Both the position numbers and the translations under genes were made by a program. The notes beneath the pieces are model-generated. The model was not told where the DNA came from. It saw only the letters and a program-made list of their open reading frames with translations, and searched no databases. This document shows, piece by piece, positions 34,174 to 44,410 of a stretch of 56,368 nt of DNA (position 1 is its first letter; the number at the start of each line of letters is the position of its first letter). Source of the DNA: a virus. The DNA is taken from positions 1 to 56,368 of IMG/VR virus record IMGVR_UViG_3300045988_080971. One strand, 5' to 3'.

Positions 34174-35766
34174 ATGATAAGAAAATTGTTAAATTTATTA
34201 TATGAGGCACTTGAAAAAATGCTTGGTTATAAAGATATGTCTGATATTACTGATTGTGCAATATCGGATGAAATGTCAGATGCATTAGAACTTTGGAAAG
34301 ACATATATAAGGATGAGAGCCCTTGGCTAAGTGATGTTGATGGAGTATATTCGCTCGGGCTTGGAAAGCAGATATGTCAGTCTGTACAACAGCAAGTTCT
34401 TTCTGAAATGGAAACAAGCATAACGGAACCGGGAAAAGAAGATGAAGTTGATGCGGACAAAAATGAGGAAAACGATACAACAAGAGCGACATATCTCAAT
34501 AGCATTTATCAAAAAAGACTTATCAAGAAACTTCCACAAGCACTTGAAAAAGCTCTTGCACTAGGTGGAATGGTTATAAAGCCTTATATTAGTTCTGGAG
34601 ATATATATCTTGATTTTAGTTATCAAGGAGATTTTTATCCAATCGCTTTTGATGATGATGGAAACATTATTGATATAGCTTTTCATGATTCTTTTGTATC
34701 CGGAAACTTTTTGTATACAAAAGTAGAAAGACAAACTTTTGATCAAGATACACATGAAATTACAATACAGAATAAAGCATTTAAAGCACAATACAGAGAG
34801 GCTGATGATGATGTAGAACAAGAGATTGGAAAGGAAATTCCTCTTTCATCTGTACCTAGATGGGCAAGTATTTCAGAAGAACCCATCACCATAAGTAATG
34901 TTGATAAGTCGCTTTTTGGTTATTTTAAAGTGCCATTGGCTAACAACATTGATCTTGATAGTCCTCTTGGAATATCAATTTTCAGCCCTGCTGTAAAAAT
35001 GATAGAAAGAGCCGACCAACAGTTTTCAAGACTTGATTGGGAATATAATGGTGGTCAGCTTGCTATTGATGTTGATCCGACGGCGGTCACATTTAGCGAA
35101 GGTTATTTTGGAAAGATGACTAATCTTGATAACTGTCAAAATAGGCTCTATAGAAGTTTGGATATGGGGGCAGATGATACCTATAAGGCATGGGCTCCTG
35201 CGCTTCGTGATGCTAATTATATCAACGGATTAAACATAATTCTCAACAAAATAGAAGATTTAATTGGACTTGCTAGAGGAACACTGTCCCAGATTGAAAG
35301 TGAGGCACGAACAGCTACAGAAATTAAACTGTTAAAACAAAGAACATACATCACAATCTCAGGTATTCAAGATGCCCTTGAAAACTGTTTAATGGATGTT
35401 GTCTATGCAATGTCTATTTTCTGTGATTTGTATGACCTCATTCCTGCTGGAGATTATGATACAAATATTGAGTGGAAAGATAGTATATTAACAGATACAG
35501 ACACAGAGCTGGAACAAAAGTTAAATCTTCAAAATGCTGGAATTTTAGGCAAGGCTGAGGTAAGAGCTTGGTATACAGGAGAATCTATAGAATCAGCTCA
35601 AGCAGAGATTGATAAAATAGATAGTGCAAGTCAAAATAAAATGCTTAATGATATATTTTCAGGTATGAATACCGAATCCAATTTAGATTCAGATGAACCA
35701 AAACAGCAACAAGCAACTGGTGATATTGAGGAAGAATTAAAGAATAAAGGAGCTAATAATCAGTGA
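34174..35766 (+). CDS. Portal protein (SPP1 gp6-like)
   Basis: 530 aa; position between terminase and the MuF-like gene; acidic C-terminus. Confidence 0.75.
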   Translation: MIRKLLNLLYEALEKMLGYKDMSDITDCAISDEMSDALELWKDIYKDESPWLSDVDGVYSLGLGKQICQSVQQQVLSEMETSITEPGKEDEVDADKNEENDTTRATYLNSIYQKRLIKKLPQALEKALALGGMVIKPYISSGDIYLDFSYQGDFYPIAFDDDGNIIDIAFHDSFVSGNFLYTKVERQTFDQDTHEITIQNKAFKAQYREADDDVEQEIGKEIPLSSVPRWASISEEPITISNVDKSLFGYFKVPLANNIDLDSPLGISIFSPAVKMIERADQQFSRLDWEYNGGQLAIDVDPTAVTFSEGYFGKMTNLDNCQNRLYRSLDMGADDTYKAWAPALRDANYINGLNIILNKIEDLIGLARGTLSQIESEARTATEIKLLKQRTYITISGIQDALENCLMDVVYAMSIFCDLYDLIPAGDYDTNIEWKDSILTDTDTELEQKLNLQNAGILGKAEVRAWYTGESIESAQAEIDKIDSASQNKMLNDIFSGMNTESNLDSDEPKQQQATGDIEEELKNKGANNQ

Positions 35767-36875
35767 TAACAGATGACGAGATTACAAAAATATCTTATAT
35801 AATCGCAAATCGATTTGAAAAAGTAAATATCTATTATCTTACATTATTAGCCAAACAGGTCAAGGAGATAGGAAATCTATCTCCTGAGAATATGCACACC
35901 TTGGAACAAATGTCAAAAATGGGGGCTAATATTGATTCCATCAATTCATTTCTAGCAATTCAAACCGGGTTAGCTTTGTCTGATATTGATAAGTTATATG
36001 AGCGTGTTGCGTATGATATCTATAAAGATGTTGCTGATTTGTACAGGGCAGGAAATGTGGCTCAGCCAAAATTTAAAGATAATGCTCGATTACAAACTTA
36101 CCTTAACGCTACAAAACAGCTCACAAAGAATACCTTTATAAATATGTCAAATACAACTGCAATTTCAAAGACATATAAAGCCACAGTTGACTTTGCCGTT
36201 GATGCAGTTGCACAGGGTTTAGATAACTATGATAACGTCATCAAGAGATTTATAATTGATAAATCAACAAATGGGGCTAAAATTGAATATGCCAGCGGTG
36301 TTACAAGGAGAATTGACAGTGCCGCACGAATGAATATTTTAGAAGGAGTTCGGAAACTCAGTGACGGAATAAGAGAAGAATGTGGCAGACAATACGGGGC
36401 AGATGGTGTGGAAATAGATGCTCACGGATTATGTGCTAAAGATCATCAACACGTACAGGGTAAGCAATATACATTTGAAGAATTTAATAAGCTGAATAAT
36501 AGCTTGCAAAGAAAAATCGGAACATGTAATTGTAAACATAAGATACAGTATATTATAATGGGAGTTTCTAAGCCTGCTTATACACCAAACGAATTAAAAG
36601 AATTGAGAGAATATGCAAATAAAGAAATTACTGTTAAAGATAAGACAATGACACGATATGAAGCTAGTCAAAAAATGCGAGCCCTGGAAACACAAATGCG
36701 ATATAAACAAGATGAGATTGTTGCTTTACGAAAATCCGGAAGTGATGATAAGAAACAAGTCGACCAACTTCGACAGCTGAAAAAACAATATTACTATATT
36801 AGCAAAAGGGCGGGATTAAAGACAAGATATGATAGAGCTTATGTTCCAGGATTCGATATAAACAAATTCGCCTAA
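35763..36875 (+). CDS. Minor head protein (Mu F / SPP1 gp7-like)
   Basis: Overlaps the portal stop; size and position. Confidence 0.6.
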   Translation: MITDDEITKISYIIANRFEKVNIYYLTLLAKQVKEIGNLSPENMHTLEQMSKMGANIDSINSFLAIQTGLALSDIDKLYERVAYDIYKDVADLYRAGNVAQPKFKDNARLQTYLNATKQLTKNTFINMSNTTAISKTYKATVDFAVDAVAQGLDNYDNVIKRFIIDKSTNGAKIEYASGVTRRIDSAARMNILEGVRKLSDGIREECGRQYGADGVEIDAHGLCAKDHQHVQGKQYTFEEFNKLNNSLQRKIGTCNCKHKIQYIIMGVSKPAYTPNELKELREYANKEITVKDKTMTRYEASQKMRALETQMRYKQDEIVALRKSGSDDKKQVDQLRQLKKQYYYISKRAGLKTRYDRAYVPGFDINKFA

Positions 36876-36877
36876 AT

Positions 36878-36970
36878 TTATCAACAAGTTATCAACAAAT
36901 GTTGATAACTTTTTTTATTGTTTATAACCTGTGTATAACTTGTTGATAACTACTTTACAAATGTGGATAA
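36878..36970. promoter_or_regulatory. DnaA-box-like cluster (6 boxes)
   Basis: ttatcaaca at 36878 and 36889; tgttgataa at 36900 and 36941; tgtgtataa at 36930; perfect tgtggataa at 36962-36970. Confidence 0.55.
36886..36916 (+). terminator. Intrinsic terminator
   Basis: Stem aagttatcaaca/tgttgataactt followed by a T-run. Confidence 0.75.
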
Positions 36971-36982
36971 CTTATGTATAAT
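36955..36982 (+). promoter_or_regulatory. Candidate promoter for the head genes (TTACAA-N16-TATAAT)
   Basis: -35 at 36955-36960, -10 at 36977-36982; a perfect DnaA box lies in the spacer. Confidence 0.45.
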
Positions 36983-37056
36983 ACAAAATGTAATTATTCC
37001 ATAACCCGGAAAGCGGGTTTTATAAATTATTTTAGAATATAGGAGGAAAATGTAGC

Positions 37057-37692
37057 ATGAAGAATATTTATGACATTCTCAAATCATTTCAGATTGAGAT
37101 TCCATCAGACAAGAAAGAAGAGTTTGAAAAGTTACTGAATGAGAATTATAAGACTATCTCAGAAATGAGCAATATTCAGAACAAGTTGGAGAAAGCAGAA
37201 GGAGAACGTGATACTTATAAGACAAAGTATGACGAAGATATTAAGCAAAGAGACGCAGATATCAAAGACCTTCAAAAGAAACTCAAAGATGCTGGAACAG
37301 ACACAGAAAAGTTATCCAAGCTGGAAACAGAGCTTGACACACTCCAAGGCACTTATAAGACAGCCAAAGCTGACTATGAGAAAAAGTTGGCAGACCAGGC
37401 TTATGACTTTGCTATTAAGGAAAAGGTCGCAGGTCTTAAATTCACAAGCAACTCAGCTAAAAAGGCTTTTCTTGCAGACATAACAGCCGATCGACTGAAG
37501 ATGAAGGATGGAGATCTTATAGGGTTTGATGATTATGTAAGTAAGTACAAGGAGCAGGATGCAGGAGCATTCGTTACTGAGCAGACTGATCCAGAGACAA
37601 AGCCACATTTTACCTCAAAGGTACAGAATAAACCAACTTCGGGAACAGACCCGAAACCAACAGAGGATAGGAAATATCCACTTGTTTGGTAA
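37057..37692 (+). CDS. Scaffolding protein
   Basis: Coiled-coil, K/E/D-rich, immediately upstream of the major capsid gene. Confidence 0.65.
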   Translation: MKNIYDILKSFQIEIPSDKKEEFEKLLNENYKTISEMSNIQNKLEKAEGERDTYKTKYDEDIKQRDADIKDLQKKLKDAGTDTEKLSKLETELDTLQGTYKTAKADYEKKLADQAYDFAIKEKVAGLKFTSNSAKKAFLADITADRLKMKDGDLIGFDDYVSKYKEQDAGAFVTEQTDPETKPHFTSKVQNKPTSGTDPKPTEDRKYPLVW

Positions 37693-37716
37693 ATAACGAA
37701 AGGAGTTTTTAAAATT

Positions 37717-38586
37717 ATGGCAAACACAACAAGAATTGAGTCACTCAATGTATTACTTGATGGTAGTGAAGCCGGTAAGATGCTACTTAAAGAGGCATAT
37801 GACGGTGTACTTGAGAATGTGCAGAAACAAGCACTTTCAACAAGTCTCAAAAACACAGATCTTTCCGGAGACCCAACAGCCGGCACAGTTGAGGCAAAGA
37901 GATTCGCCAATGCGGCATCTCAGAATTATGGTACGGCTAGAACAGCTGGCAAGGGAAAAGCTGTTAAGGGCAAGACCGTAACAGTAGCAATCGACCAGGA
38001 CAAGGAATTTGTAGAGGAGATTGAGCAGAAGGACATTAAGCTCCTCGGAGTCGATGGTCTTGTAGCTAAGAGATCAGCTAATCACGCTATGAGAATGGCG
38101 GCAGAGCTTGACACACAGTTCTTTGCAATAGGTAAGTCTGAGGGTACTCAGTACAAGCCAGCACAGGCAGTAACAGCTATTCAGGAGATTGTTGAAGGTG
38201 CAATCCTCACAATGGAGAATCTCAAGAATGACTATATAGACGGACTTCCACGTGATATGATGGATATAGTATTTGACGCAGACACCTATTCTCAGATGAG
38301 AATGTATCTTGATACTGTGACAAATACTAATGTTGACACCACAACAGAATCATTCATTATGTATCACGGAGTAAGATGTCATAGTTCAAATAGACTTCCA
38401 GCTGGAACAAAATTTGAAATTATGATGAAGGAGTCTATTGCTCAGCCAGTTATGAGTGAGCCTTACTCTGCCGAGCGTATTCCGCTTTCAGAGGCAGTAG
38501 CAGTTGAGCTGTTCTTCCACTACGGCACAAAGGCTGTCACTCCGGATACAATATTCTGGTATGATGGCACTCATGCTGAGGCATAA
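37717..38586 (+). CDS. Major capsid protein
   Basis: 289 aa; position after the scaffold; strong RBS. Confidence 0.7.
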   Translation: MANTTRIESLNVLLDGSEAGKMLLKEAYDGVLENVQKQALSTSLKNTDLSGDPTAGTVEAKRFANAASQNYGTARTAGKGKAVKGKTVTVAIDQDKEFVEEIEQKDIKLLGVDGLVAKRSANHAMRMAAELDTQFFAIGKSEGTQYKPAQAVTAIQEIVEGAILTMENLKNDYIDGLPRDMMDIVFDADTYSQMRMYLDTVTNTNVDTTTESFIMYHGVRCHSSNRLPAGTKFEIMMKESIAQPVMSEPYSAERIPLSEAVAVELFFHYGTKAVTPDTIFWYDGTHAEA

Positions 38587-38597
38587 GAGGTGATTGA

Positions 38598-38750
38598 ATG
38601 ATTATAAAGATGCCAAATGGCAGTGAATTAGTCACAACAAATCCGGATGTTATCAACTCCCTGCTGAAAAGCGGAGGAGTTGAAGCAAAGCCGAAAAAGA
38701 CAAATAAAAAGTCAGCTACCAGTGTAGCCTCCGCACCTGTCGCTGAGTAA
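38598..38750 (+). CDS. Hypothetical small protein (50 aa)
   Basis: GAGGTG RBS; fills the gap. Confidence 0.35.
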   Translation: MIIKMPNGSELVTTNPDVINSLLKSGGVEAKPKKTNKKSATSVASAPVAE

Positions 38751-38759
38751 AGAGAGGAG

Positions 38760-39182
38760 ATGTATCTTTTGAGTTATTTAACTTTTGAACAATATCGACA
38801 GTTAGGTGGGAAGTGTACAGAAGATGCATTTCCTAATTTACAATTCGACACTGAGACAAAGATGGACTATATCACAGATGGTAGGTTATCAAAGTTAATA
38901 ACAACCATTGGGGATACTCCGGAAGTTGTTCAGCGTTTGGAGGTTAAACTGATTGATATAATCATGAATAATGATACATCAAAACAAGGTGTTGGAAATG
39001 TAACCTCATATAGTAATGGAATAGAGTCATTTGGATATGATACCAATAAAGATTCTGAGGATTATATTTTGACAAAATTCAAAAATATAATGCTTGAATA
39101 TCTTTATCCTAAATATCCACAACTATTCTACAGAGGAAGGTGGGTGTATAAGCGTGGATGGAACGATAACCCTACTGAATAA
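38760..39182 (+). CDS. Head-tail connector/adaptor protein (putative)
   Basis: Position after the capsid gene. Confidence 0.45.
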   Translation: MYLLSYLTFEQYRQLGGKCTEDAFPNLQFDTETKMDYITDGRLSKLITTIGDTPEVVQRLEVKLIDIIMNNDTSKQGVGNVTSYSNGIESFGYDTNKDSEDYILTKFKNIMLEYLYPKYPQLFYRGRWVYKRGWNDNPTE

Positions 39183-39561
39183 GCTGAAAAGAAAAGATTC
39201 AGCAACCAACATTGATGTTTGGTATAAAACCATTATTACAAATTGCGTTTATAAAAAAGATAGAGTATCTACAGTGAATGGAAATGTGGTTTCAATGGGG
39301 CAGGCCTTTACAATCTTGATTCCATTCACTGGGAAATACTTGCCGTATAGAGAATGGAAAAAACTTGCGGATAAAATAGGGTATTATACATTATCTGAAC
39401 AAGATGTTATAATTTTAGGCGAAGTAACAGAGGATGTAACTGCTCAGAATATTACTCAGATCAAAAATGACTATGAACCAGATACTTGTGATATAAGAAG
39501 TATTGAGCAAATACAACGAAGATTCACATCAAATTTTGAATTTAGAGTGAGTGGGGTATAA
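39154..39561 (+). CDS. Head-tail joining (minor capsid-type) protein
   Basis: Position; GTG at 39154 behind GGAAGGTGGG; start uncertain. Confidence 0.4.
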   Translation: MDGTITLLNKLKRKDSATNIDVWYKTIITNCVYKKDRVSTVNGNVVSMGQAFTILIPFTGKYLPYREWKKLADKIGYYTLSEQDVIILGEVTEDVTAQNITQIKNDYEPDTCDIRSIEQIQRRFTSNFEFRVSGV

Positions 39562-39565
39562 ATAT

Positions 39566-39919
39566 ATGCCGGTTAAAATTAAAGCGGAAATTCCTCTAAA
39601 AATCGTTGATGATATTGTAAAATCTGATGATGTAGGACTAGAAACTGCGGCAGTATGTGCTAGATATATGGATAAGTATGTTCCTTATTATGAAGGAGCC
39701 CTTTCAACAACAGCCGATACCACAGTTCCCTTTGAAGTCACTTATATCCAGGAATACTCAAGATATCAGTGGCGAGGTATTAGCAAGAAAGGAAAAAAAC
39801 TCAATTATACACATGAAGATCATTTTCTTGCCACAAGTCACTGGGAAGAGCCAGCTTATGCACGTTATAGAGACAATATAGCCCAGGAAATCACAGATTA
39901 TTTGAGGAGGAAAACATAA
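39566..39919 (+). CDS. Head-tail joining (minor capsid-type) protein
   Basis: Position in the connector block. Confidence 0.45.
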   Translation: MPVKIKAEIPLKIVDDIVKSDDVGLETAAVCARYMDKYVPYYEGALSTTADTTVPFEVTYIQEYSRYQWRGISKKGKKLNYTHEDHFLATSHWEEPAYARYRDNIAQEITDYLRRKT

Positions 39920-40350
39920 TGAATATATATGAGCAAATATCAAAATGGCTTATAGATTGTCCTGAGATTGGTAACTATGTATATTTCAATGTGATTCCTT
40001 ATGAACCTGACACATCCGCAGTAACCTCAAGTGGCGCAAGTTTAATACTCAATACATTTATAAACGGAGCCAAAGAAGTCCGAGTTATTTTTAACATCGA
40101 ACTTATAAAGCAATATGATGACGGAACAAGTGACATAAACTTAGATGCTATGAAAGCATATGAGAATATTATATCATTTGTAGAAAATAAAAATAATAAT
40201 CAAGATTATCCAAATCTTGGTGAAGGATATGTGGTTAATGCTATCGGGTCAACTTATAAAGCTCCCGAAGTTTACATCACATCAGATAATCAAAATTTAG
40301 CGAGGTATGAAGGTCAATTCTTTATAGAATACCTGGAAGAAAGGAGATAA
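39919..40350 (+). CDS. Tail completion/connector protein (putative)
   Basis: ATGA-type overlap; position before the major tail gene. Confidence 0.45.
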   Translation: MNIYEQISKWLIDCPEIGNYVYFNVIPYEPDTSAVTSSGASLILNTFINGAKEVRVIFNIELIKQYDDGTSDINLDAMKAYENIISFVENKNNNQDYPNLGEGYVVNAIGSTYKAPEVYITSDNQNLARYEGQFFIEYLEERR

Positions 40351-40353
40351 AAA

Positions 40354-40845
40354 ATGGCAGATGCTATGACAAAGCTTACAAGAGATAAGTTTATTCCGTT
40401 TTTAGACACGGCTAAAGATTTAACTTTTGCCACAAGTACATGGAAACGAATAGACTATTCTACAATCTTTGAGCTTACGATGGGTGAGCAGGAAGAGGAC
40501 ATGGATTATATTTGCTATGCCAATGCTGTAACAGAGATCAATTCTAACAAGCCAGAACTTCCTCAGGAGATCGCCACATATGAAGGCAACCCAATCTATG
40601 ATTTCATGTTTGAGCAGTTCTACAATATGCCGGTCGGATCAGATGTAAAGGTTCCGTTCCTTATGTGTTTTGGAGGCACAGGCAAGAAGGCTTGGAGATG
40701 TATTGCTACAATCACATCTAAGGTACTTAATACAGTAGATGGCAAGATCACATTCTCAATTAAGCTTGGGGGTGACATTGAAAAGGGCACGTACACTATC
40801 ACAGAAGGTGCGCCGACATTCACAGCCGCTGAGGCAACAATATAA
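40354..40845 (+). CDS. Major tail protein
   Basis: 163 aa; position upstream of the chaperones and tape measure. Confidence 0.6.
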   Translation: MADAMTKLTRDKFIPFLDTAKDLTFATSTWKRIDYSTIFELTMGEQEEDMDYICYANAVTEINSNKPELPQEIATYEGNPIYDFMFEQFYNMPVGSDVKVPFLMCFGGTGKKAWRCIATITSKVLNTVDGKITFSIKLGGDIEKGTYTITEGAPTFTAAEATI

Positions 40846-40878
40846 CATAATGATCTTATATAATAAGGAGGCTATTAT

Positions 40879-41268
40879 ATGATTAACTATAGTGTTATAA
40901 TTAACAACACAGAGTATGAGTTACCCGAATATAATCTTGATATTGCGGAAAAGCTGGAAAACGTTGACAGAACAAACTCAAGTTCACGCTCATTAAGAGA
41001 TAAATGTAAGGGTATATATACACTAATTACACAGCTCTTAGGTGAGGAGACTACAAAAGAAATTGTCGGAGACTTTTCAAAAGTTGATCCAAACAATTTG
41101 AATATAATCTATCTCAGAATTGTAGATGCATACAATAATCCATTAAATAATTTTGAGACAGAAAGACGTGCCCAAACGCTTGATGATGCAGGGTTCACCA
41201 AGATTATGGGAGTTGTGGAAACATTATCTAAGCTTGATCTTGACAAGCTTAATAGGTTCGCAAAATAA
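40879..41268 (+). CDS. Tail assembly chaperone
   Basis: Position directly before the Gp15-like gene and tape measure. Confidence 0.55.
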   Translation: MINYSVIINNTEYELPEYNLDIAEKLENVDRTNSSSRSLRDKCKGIYTLITQLLGEETTKEIVGDFSKVDPNNLNIIYLRIVDAYNNPLNNFETERRAQTLDDAGFTKIMGVVETLSKLDLDKLNRFAK

Positions 41269-41269
41269 T

Positions 41270-41815
41270 ATGATAGATTTAAGATATAAGGACTTGCCAC
41301 AAGCCATTGAGGTGAATGGCAGGTCTTTTTTAATAAATACAGATTTTCGAGCTTGGATAAAAGTTGGAGAACTATTCAAACAGGATGCAACACTTGACCA
41401 ATATTTGTTTCTGTTCACGAAAGATATTCCAACAGATCCTGTATTTATTCAAGCCGTGCAACAGTTCTTTTATAATCCAAATGCAACACCAAAATTCAGT
41501 GAGGATTCTGGATATCCAGTTCTTGATTATGTGCTTGATGGAGAATATATATATGGAGCTTTTATGCAGGCTTATCATATAGACCTTGTAGATATTGATT
41601 ATTTACATTGGCATAAGTTTAAGGCACTATTGTTATGCCTACCTAATAATACAATGCTAAAGGAGATCATGGGGTTGCGAAGTTGGAAAAAAGATAATAC
41701 AGACTATGAAACTCAGTGCAGAAGAAATAAAGAAGTATGGGGTCTACCTCATGAAAATTCCGCACATGATAAAGAACTATTGAATGATATAAACGAACTA
41801 TTTTATAACTGCTAG
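41270..41815 (+). CDS. Gp15-like tail assembly protein
   Basis: MIDLRYKDLPQAIEVNGRSFLINTDFRAWIKV resembles the phage Gp15 family; ATG 2 nt after the upstream stop. Confidence 0.5.
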   Translation: MIDLRYKDLPQAIEVNGRSFLINTDFRAWIKVGELFKQDATLDQYLFLFTKDIPTDPVFIQAVQQFFYNPNATPKFSEDSGYPVLDYVLDGEYIYGAFMQAYHIDLVDIDYLHWHKFKALLLCLPNNTMLKEIMGLRSWKKDNTDYETQCRRNKEVWGLPHENSAHDKELLNDINELFYNC

Positions 41816-41835
41816 ATTTGAGGAGGTGAATAACC

Positions 41836-44409
41836 TTGGCTGACGGAAAAATCACAATAGAAACTGAACTTGATTCATCCGAAGCAAAAAAAGATTTAAA
41901 AGATATTGAGAATAAGGCAAAAAAATCATTTGAAGATGTAGGAAAATCTGTTGATGAGGATAGTAATAAGTTATCCAAATTTGGGAACGTGGCAAAAAGT
42001 GCTGTACACGGAGCTACAGCTGTGGTCAAAGGAGTCGGTGTTGCTGTTGGTTTAACATCAACAGCAGTTGCTGGACTTGTCAAACAGTCGGTGGATGCGT
42101 ATTCAAGCTACGAACAGTTAGTTGGAGGAGTTAATACTCTTTTCGGTGCAGGTGATAAGTCACTTGAAGAGTATGCCAAATCTGTTGGAAAAACAACGGA
42201 AGAAGTCAAAGACAAATATAACTCTTTAATGAAAGCTCAGTCAACCGTTATGAAAAATGCGGCAAAAGCCTATACTACTGCTGGGTTATCGGCTAATGCC
42301 TACATGGAACAGATCACAGGTTTTAGTGCCTCACTTGTACAGTCATTAGGGGGAGATACCGAGAAAGCGGCAGAAGTTGGTAATCGTGCTATCATAGATA
42401 TGTCTGATAATGCTAACAAGATGGGTACAAGCATGGAAATGATTCAAAACGCATATCAAGGTTTTGCTAAGCAGAATTATACCATGCTTGACAACTTGAA
42501 GCTTGGATATGGTGGCACAAAAGAAGAGATGCAACGTCTTATATCAGACGCCGCTAAAATGACCGATATTCAAAAAGACTTGAATCTGACCGTTGAAGAT
42601 GGCTCTTTAGATTTTGGAAATATCATCAATGCTATATCTGTAATGCAGACAAGCCTTGGAATTGCTGGCACAACATCAAAAGAGGCGGCGTCCACAATCG
42701 AGGGGTCTACAAATACCATGAAGGCGGCTTGGGAGAACTTACTTGTTGGTGTAGCAGACGATCAAGCAGATTTTGACACACTTGTAAATCAATTTGTTGA
42801 ATCAGTAAGTACATGGTCAAAGAATATCATGCCTCGTATTGAGATTGCACTAAAAGGAGCAACCTCACTTATAGCGAAGTTACTTCCGACAATCTTGGAA
42901 AAAATACCTGAATTATTAACACAACTTGCCCCTCAACTGATTCAAGCTGGCACTGATATAATTACTGAATTATTATTGGGAATTGCAAAGGGGTTACCTA
43001 ATCTTTTAAACACTATTCAAAAACTAATTCCAAAAATTTTGAATTCATTTAAAAAATTAGGGCCTGAACTCAAACAAGCATTTCAGAATATTTTCCCACA
43101 AATAATTGACACGATTGTTTCTATGCTCCCACAATTTATTGACCTCAGTATTCAGTTGATTGAAGCCTTAGCACAAGGTCTTTTAGAAAATGTTGATGTG
43201 CTTGTGCAAGCGTTTGTTGATCTATTAACACAGCTAACTACATTGCTGACCGGCGAAAATCTGACTCAAATAGTTCAATTTGCAATACAACTGATTCAGA
43301 CATTAGCCAATGCACTAGTTGAGAATCTCCCAGCTTTACAAAATGCATTTATGCAGATTTTCACCTCACTTGTTGAGGCATTACCGAACATCATAGTGAT
43401 GATTATAGAGGCGTTGCCACAACTTATTGAGGCTATAGTCACATTCATATCCGAGCAGATACCGACAATGCTCAATGTGTCACTTACCCTGTTTATGACG
43501 ATAGTCAAAGCTATACCTAAGATTGTGGTAGCGTTAGTTAAGGCACTTCCTAGTATAATTAAGGCTATAATAGATGGACTCAAGAACCTACCAAGCAACC
43601 TGTGGAATGATGTGTTAAGTCCTGCTATAAACAAGTTTGCTGACTTTGCAAGTAATACAAAAGATAAGGCAGTTGAAGCCGGCAGAAACTTTTTAACGAA
43701 TGTAATTGACTACATCAAGGAGCTACCGGGCAAGGTCAAGGAAAAGGTTGATGCAGTCATTGAGAAAGTCAAAAGTTTTGCTACTGATTTTGCAAATAAG
43801 GCAAAACAAGCAGGCTCAGATTTTAAAGATAATATTGTGAACGGAATCAAAGAACTGCCGGACAAGATGCTCGAAATCGGTGGTAATATCGTAGAGGGTA
43901 TCTGGAACGGAATAAGTAATAAGTTTGATTGGCTGACAGATAAGATAAGCGGATTTGCCAACAATGTGACCGACAAGTTAAAGAACTTTTTTGGGATTCA
44001 CTCGCCGTCTAGAGTGATGCGTGATGAGGTTGGCAAGTTCTTAGCACTCGGTGTTGCAGAAGGTATCACGAGAAATGAGGATACAGTGGTTAAGGCTGTA
44101 GAGCACTTAGGCGATAAGACCACAGCGGCATTTAAGCGCATACGTGCATCGCAGGTGGTACAGTTCAGAGTATCGGATGAGATTACCACGAGCGTTAAGA
44201 ATAGCGATGCGGCACTTGCTAAGTCACTGGCAATATCTCAGACAGCCGCTAACAAGCAGACACAAGCAGGCATTGATTACAAGCAAATGGGCAAGGCTAC
44301 AGCGCAGGGTATCAAGTTGGCTGGCATAGCAGTTAATATTGACGGACGTAAGGCAGGGCGAGTGCTTGACACTACACCAAAAACAAGTATAGTAGGAGGG
44401 TTTGCATAA
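41836..44409 (+). CDS. Tape measure protein
   Basis: 857 aa, helical and repetitive; TTG start behind GAGGAGGTG. Confidence 0.85.
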   Translation: MADGKITIETELDSSEAKKDLKDIENKAKKSFEDVGKSVDEDSNKLSKFGNVAKSAVHGATAVVKGVGVAVGLTSTAVAGLVKQSVDAYSSYEQLVGGVNTLFGAGDKSLEEYAKSVGKTTEEVKDKYNSLMKAQSTVMKNAAKAYTTAGLSANAYMEQITGFSASLVQSLGGDTEKAAEVGNRAIIDMSDNANKMGTSMEMIQNAYQGFAKQNYTMLDNLKLGYGGTKEEMQRLISDAAKMTDIQKDLNLTVEDGSLDFGNIINAISVMQTSLGIAGTTSKEAASTIEGSTNTMKAAWENLLVGVADDQADFDTLVNQFVESVSTWSKNIMPRIEIALKGATSLIAKLLPTILEKIPELLTQLAPQLIQAGTDIITELLLGIAKGLPNLLNTIQKLIPKILNSFKKLGPELKQAFQNIFPQIIDTIVSMLPQFIDLSIQLIEALAQGLLENVDVLVQAFVDLLTQLTTLLTGENLTQIVQFAIQLIQTLANALVENLPALQNAFMQIFTSLVEALPNIIVMIIEALPQLIEAIVTFISEQIPTMLNVSLTLFMTIVKAIPKIVVALVKALPSIIKAIIDGLKNLPSNLWNDVLSPAINKFADFASNTKDKAVEAGRNFLTNVIDYIKELPGKVKEKVDAVIEKVKSFATDFANKAKQAGSDFKDNIVNGIKELPDKMLEIGGNIVEGIWNGISNKFDWLTDKISGFANNVTDKLKNFFGIHSPSRVMRDEVGKFLALGVAEGITRNEDTVVKAVEHLGDKTTAAFKRIRASQVVQFRVSDEITTSVKNSDAALAKSLAISQTAANKQTQAGIDYKQMGKATAQGIKLAGIAVNIDGRKAGRVLDTTPKTSIVGGFA

Positions 44410-44410
44410 T

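Noticed and set aside
41153-41272. Programmed frameshift joining the tail chaperone (40879-41268) to the downstream frame, which is open from 41153
   Set aside because: The downstream frame is +1, not the usual -1. I found no canonical X_XXY_YYZ slippery heptamer in the overlap. The Gp15-like ORF also has its own ATG 2 nt after the stop. Separate genes is the simpler reading.
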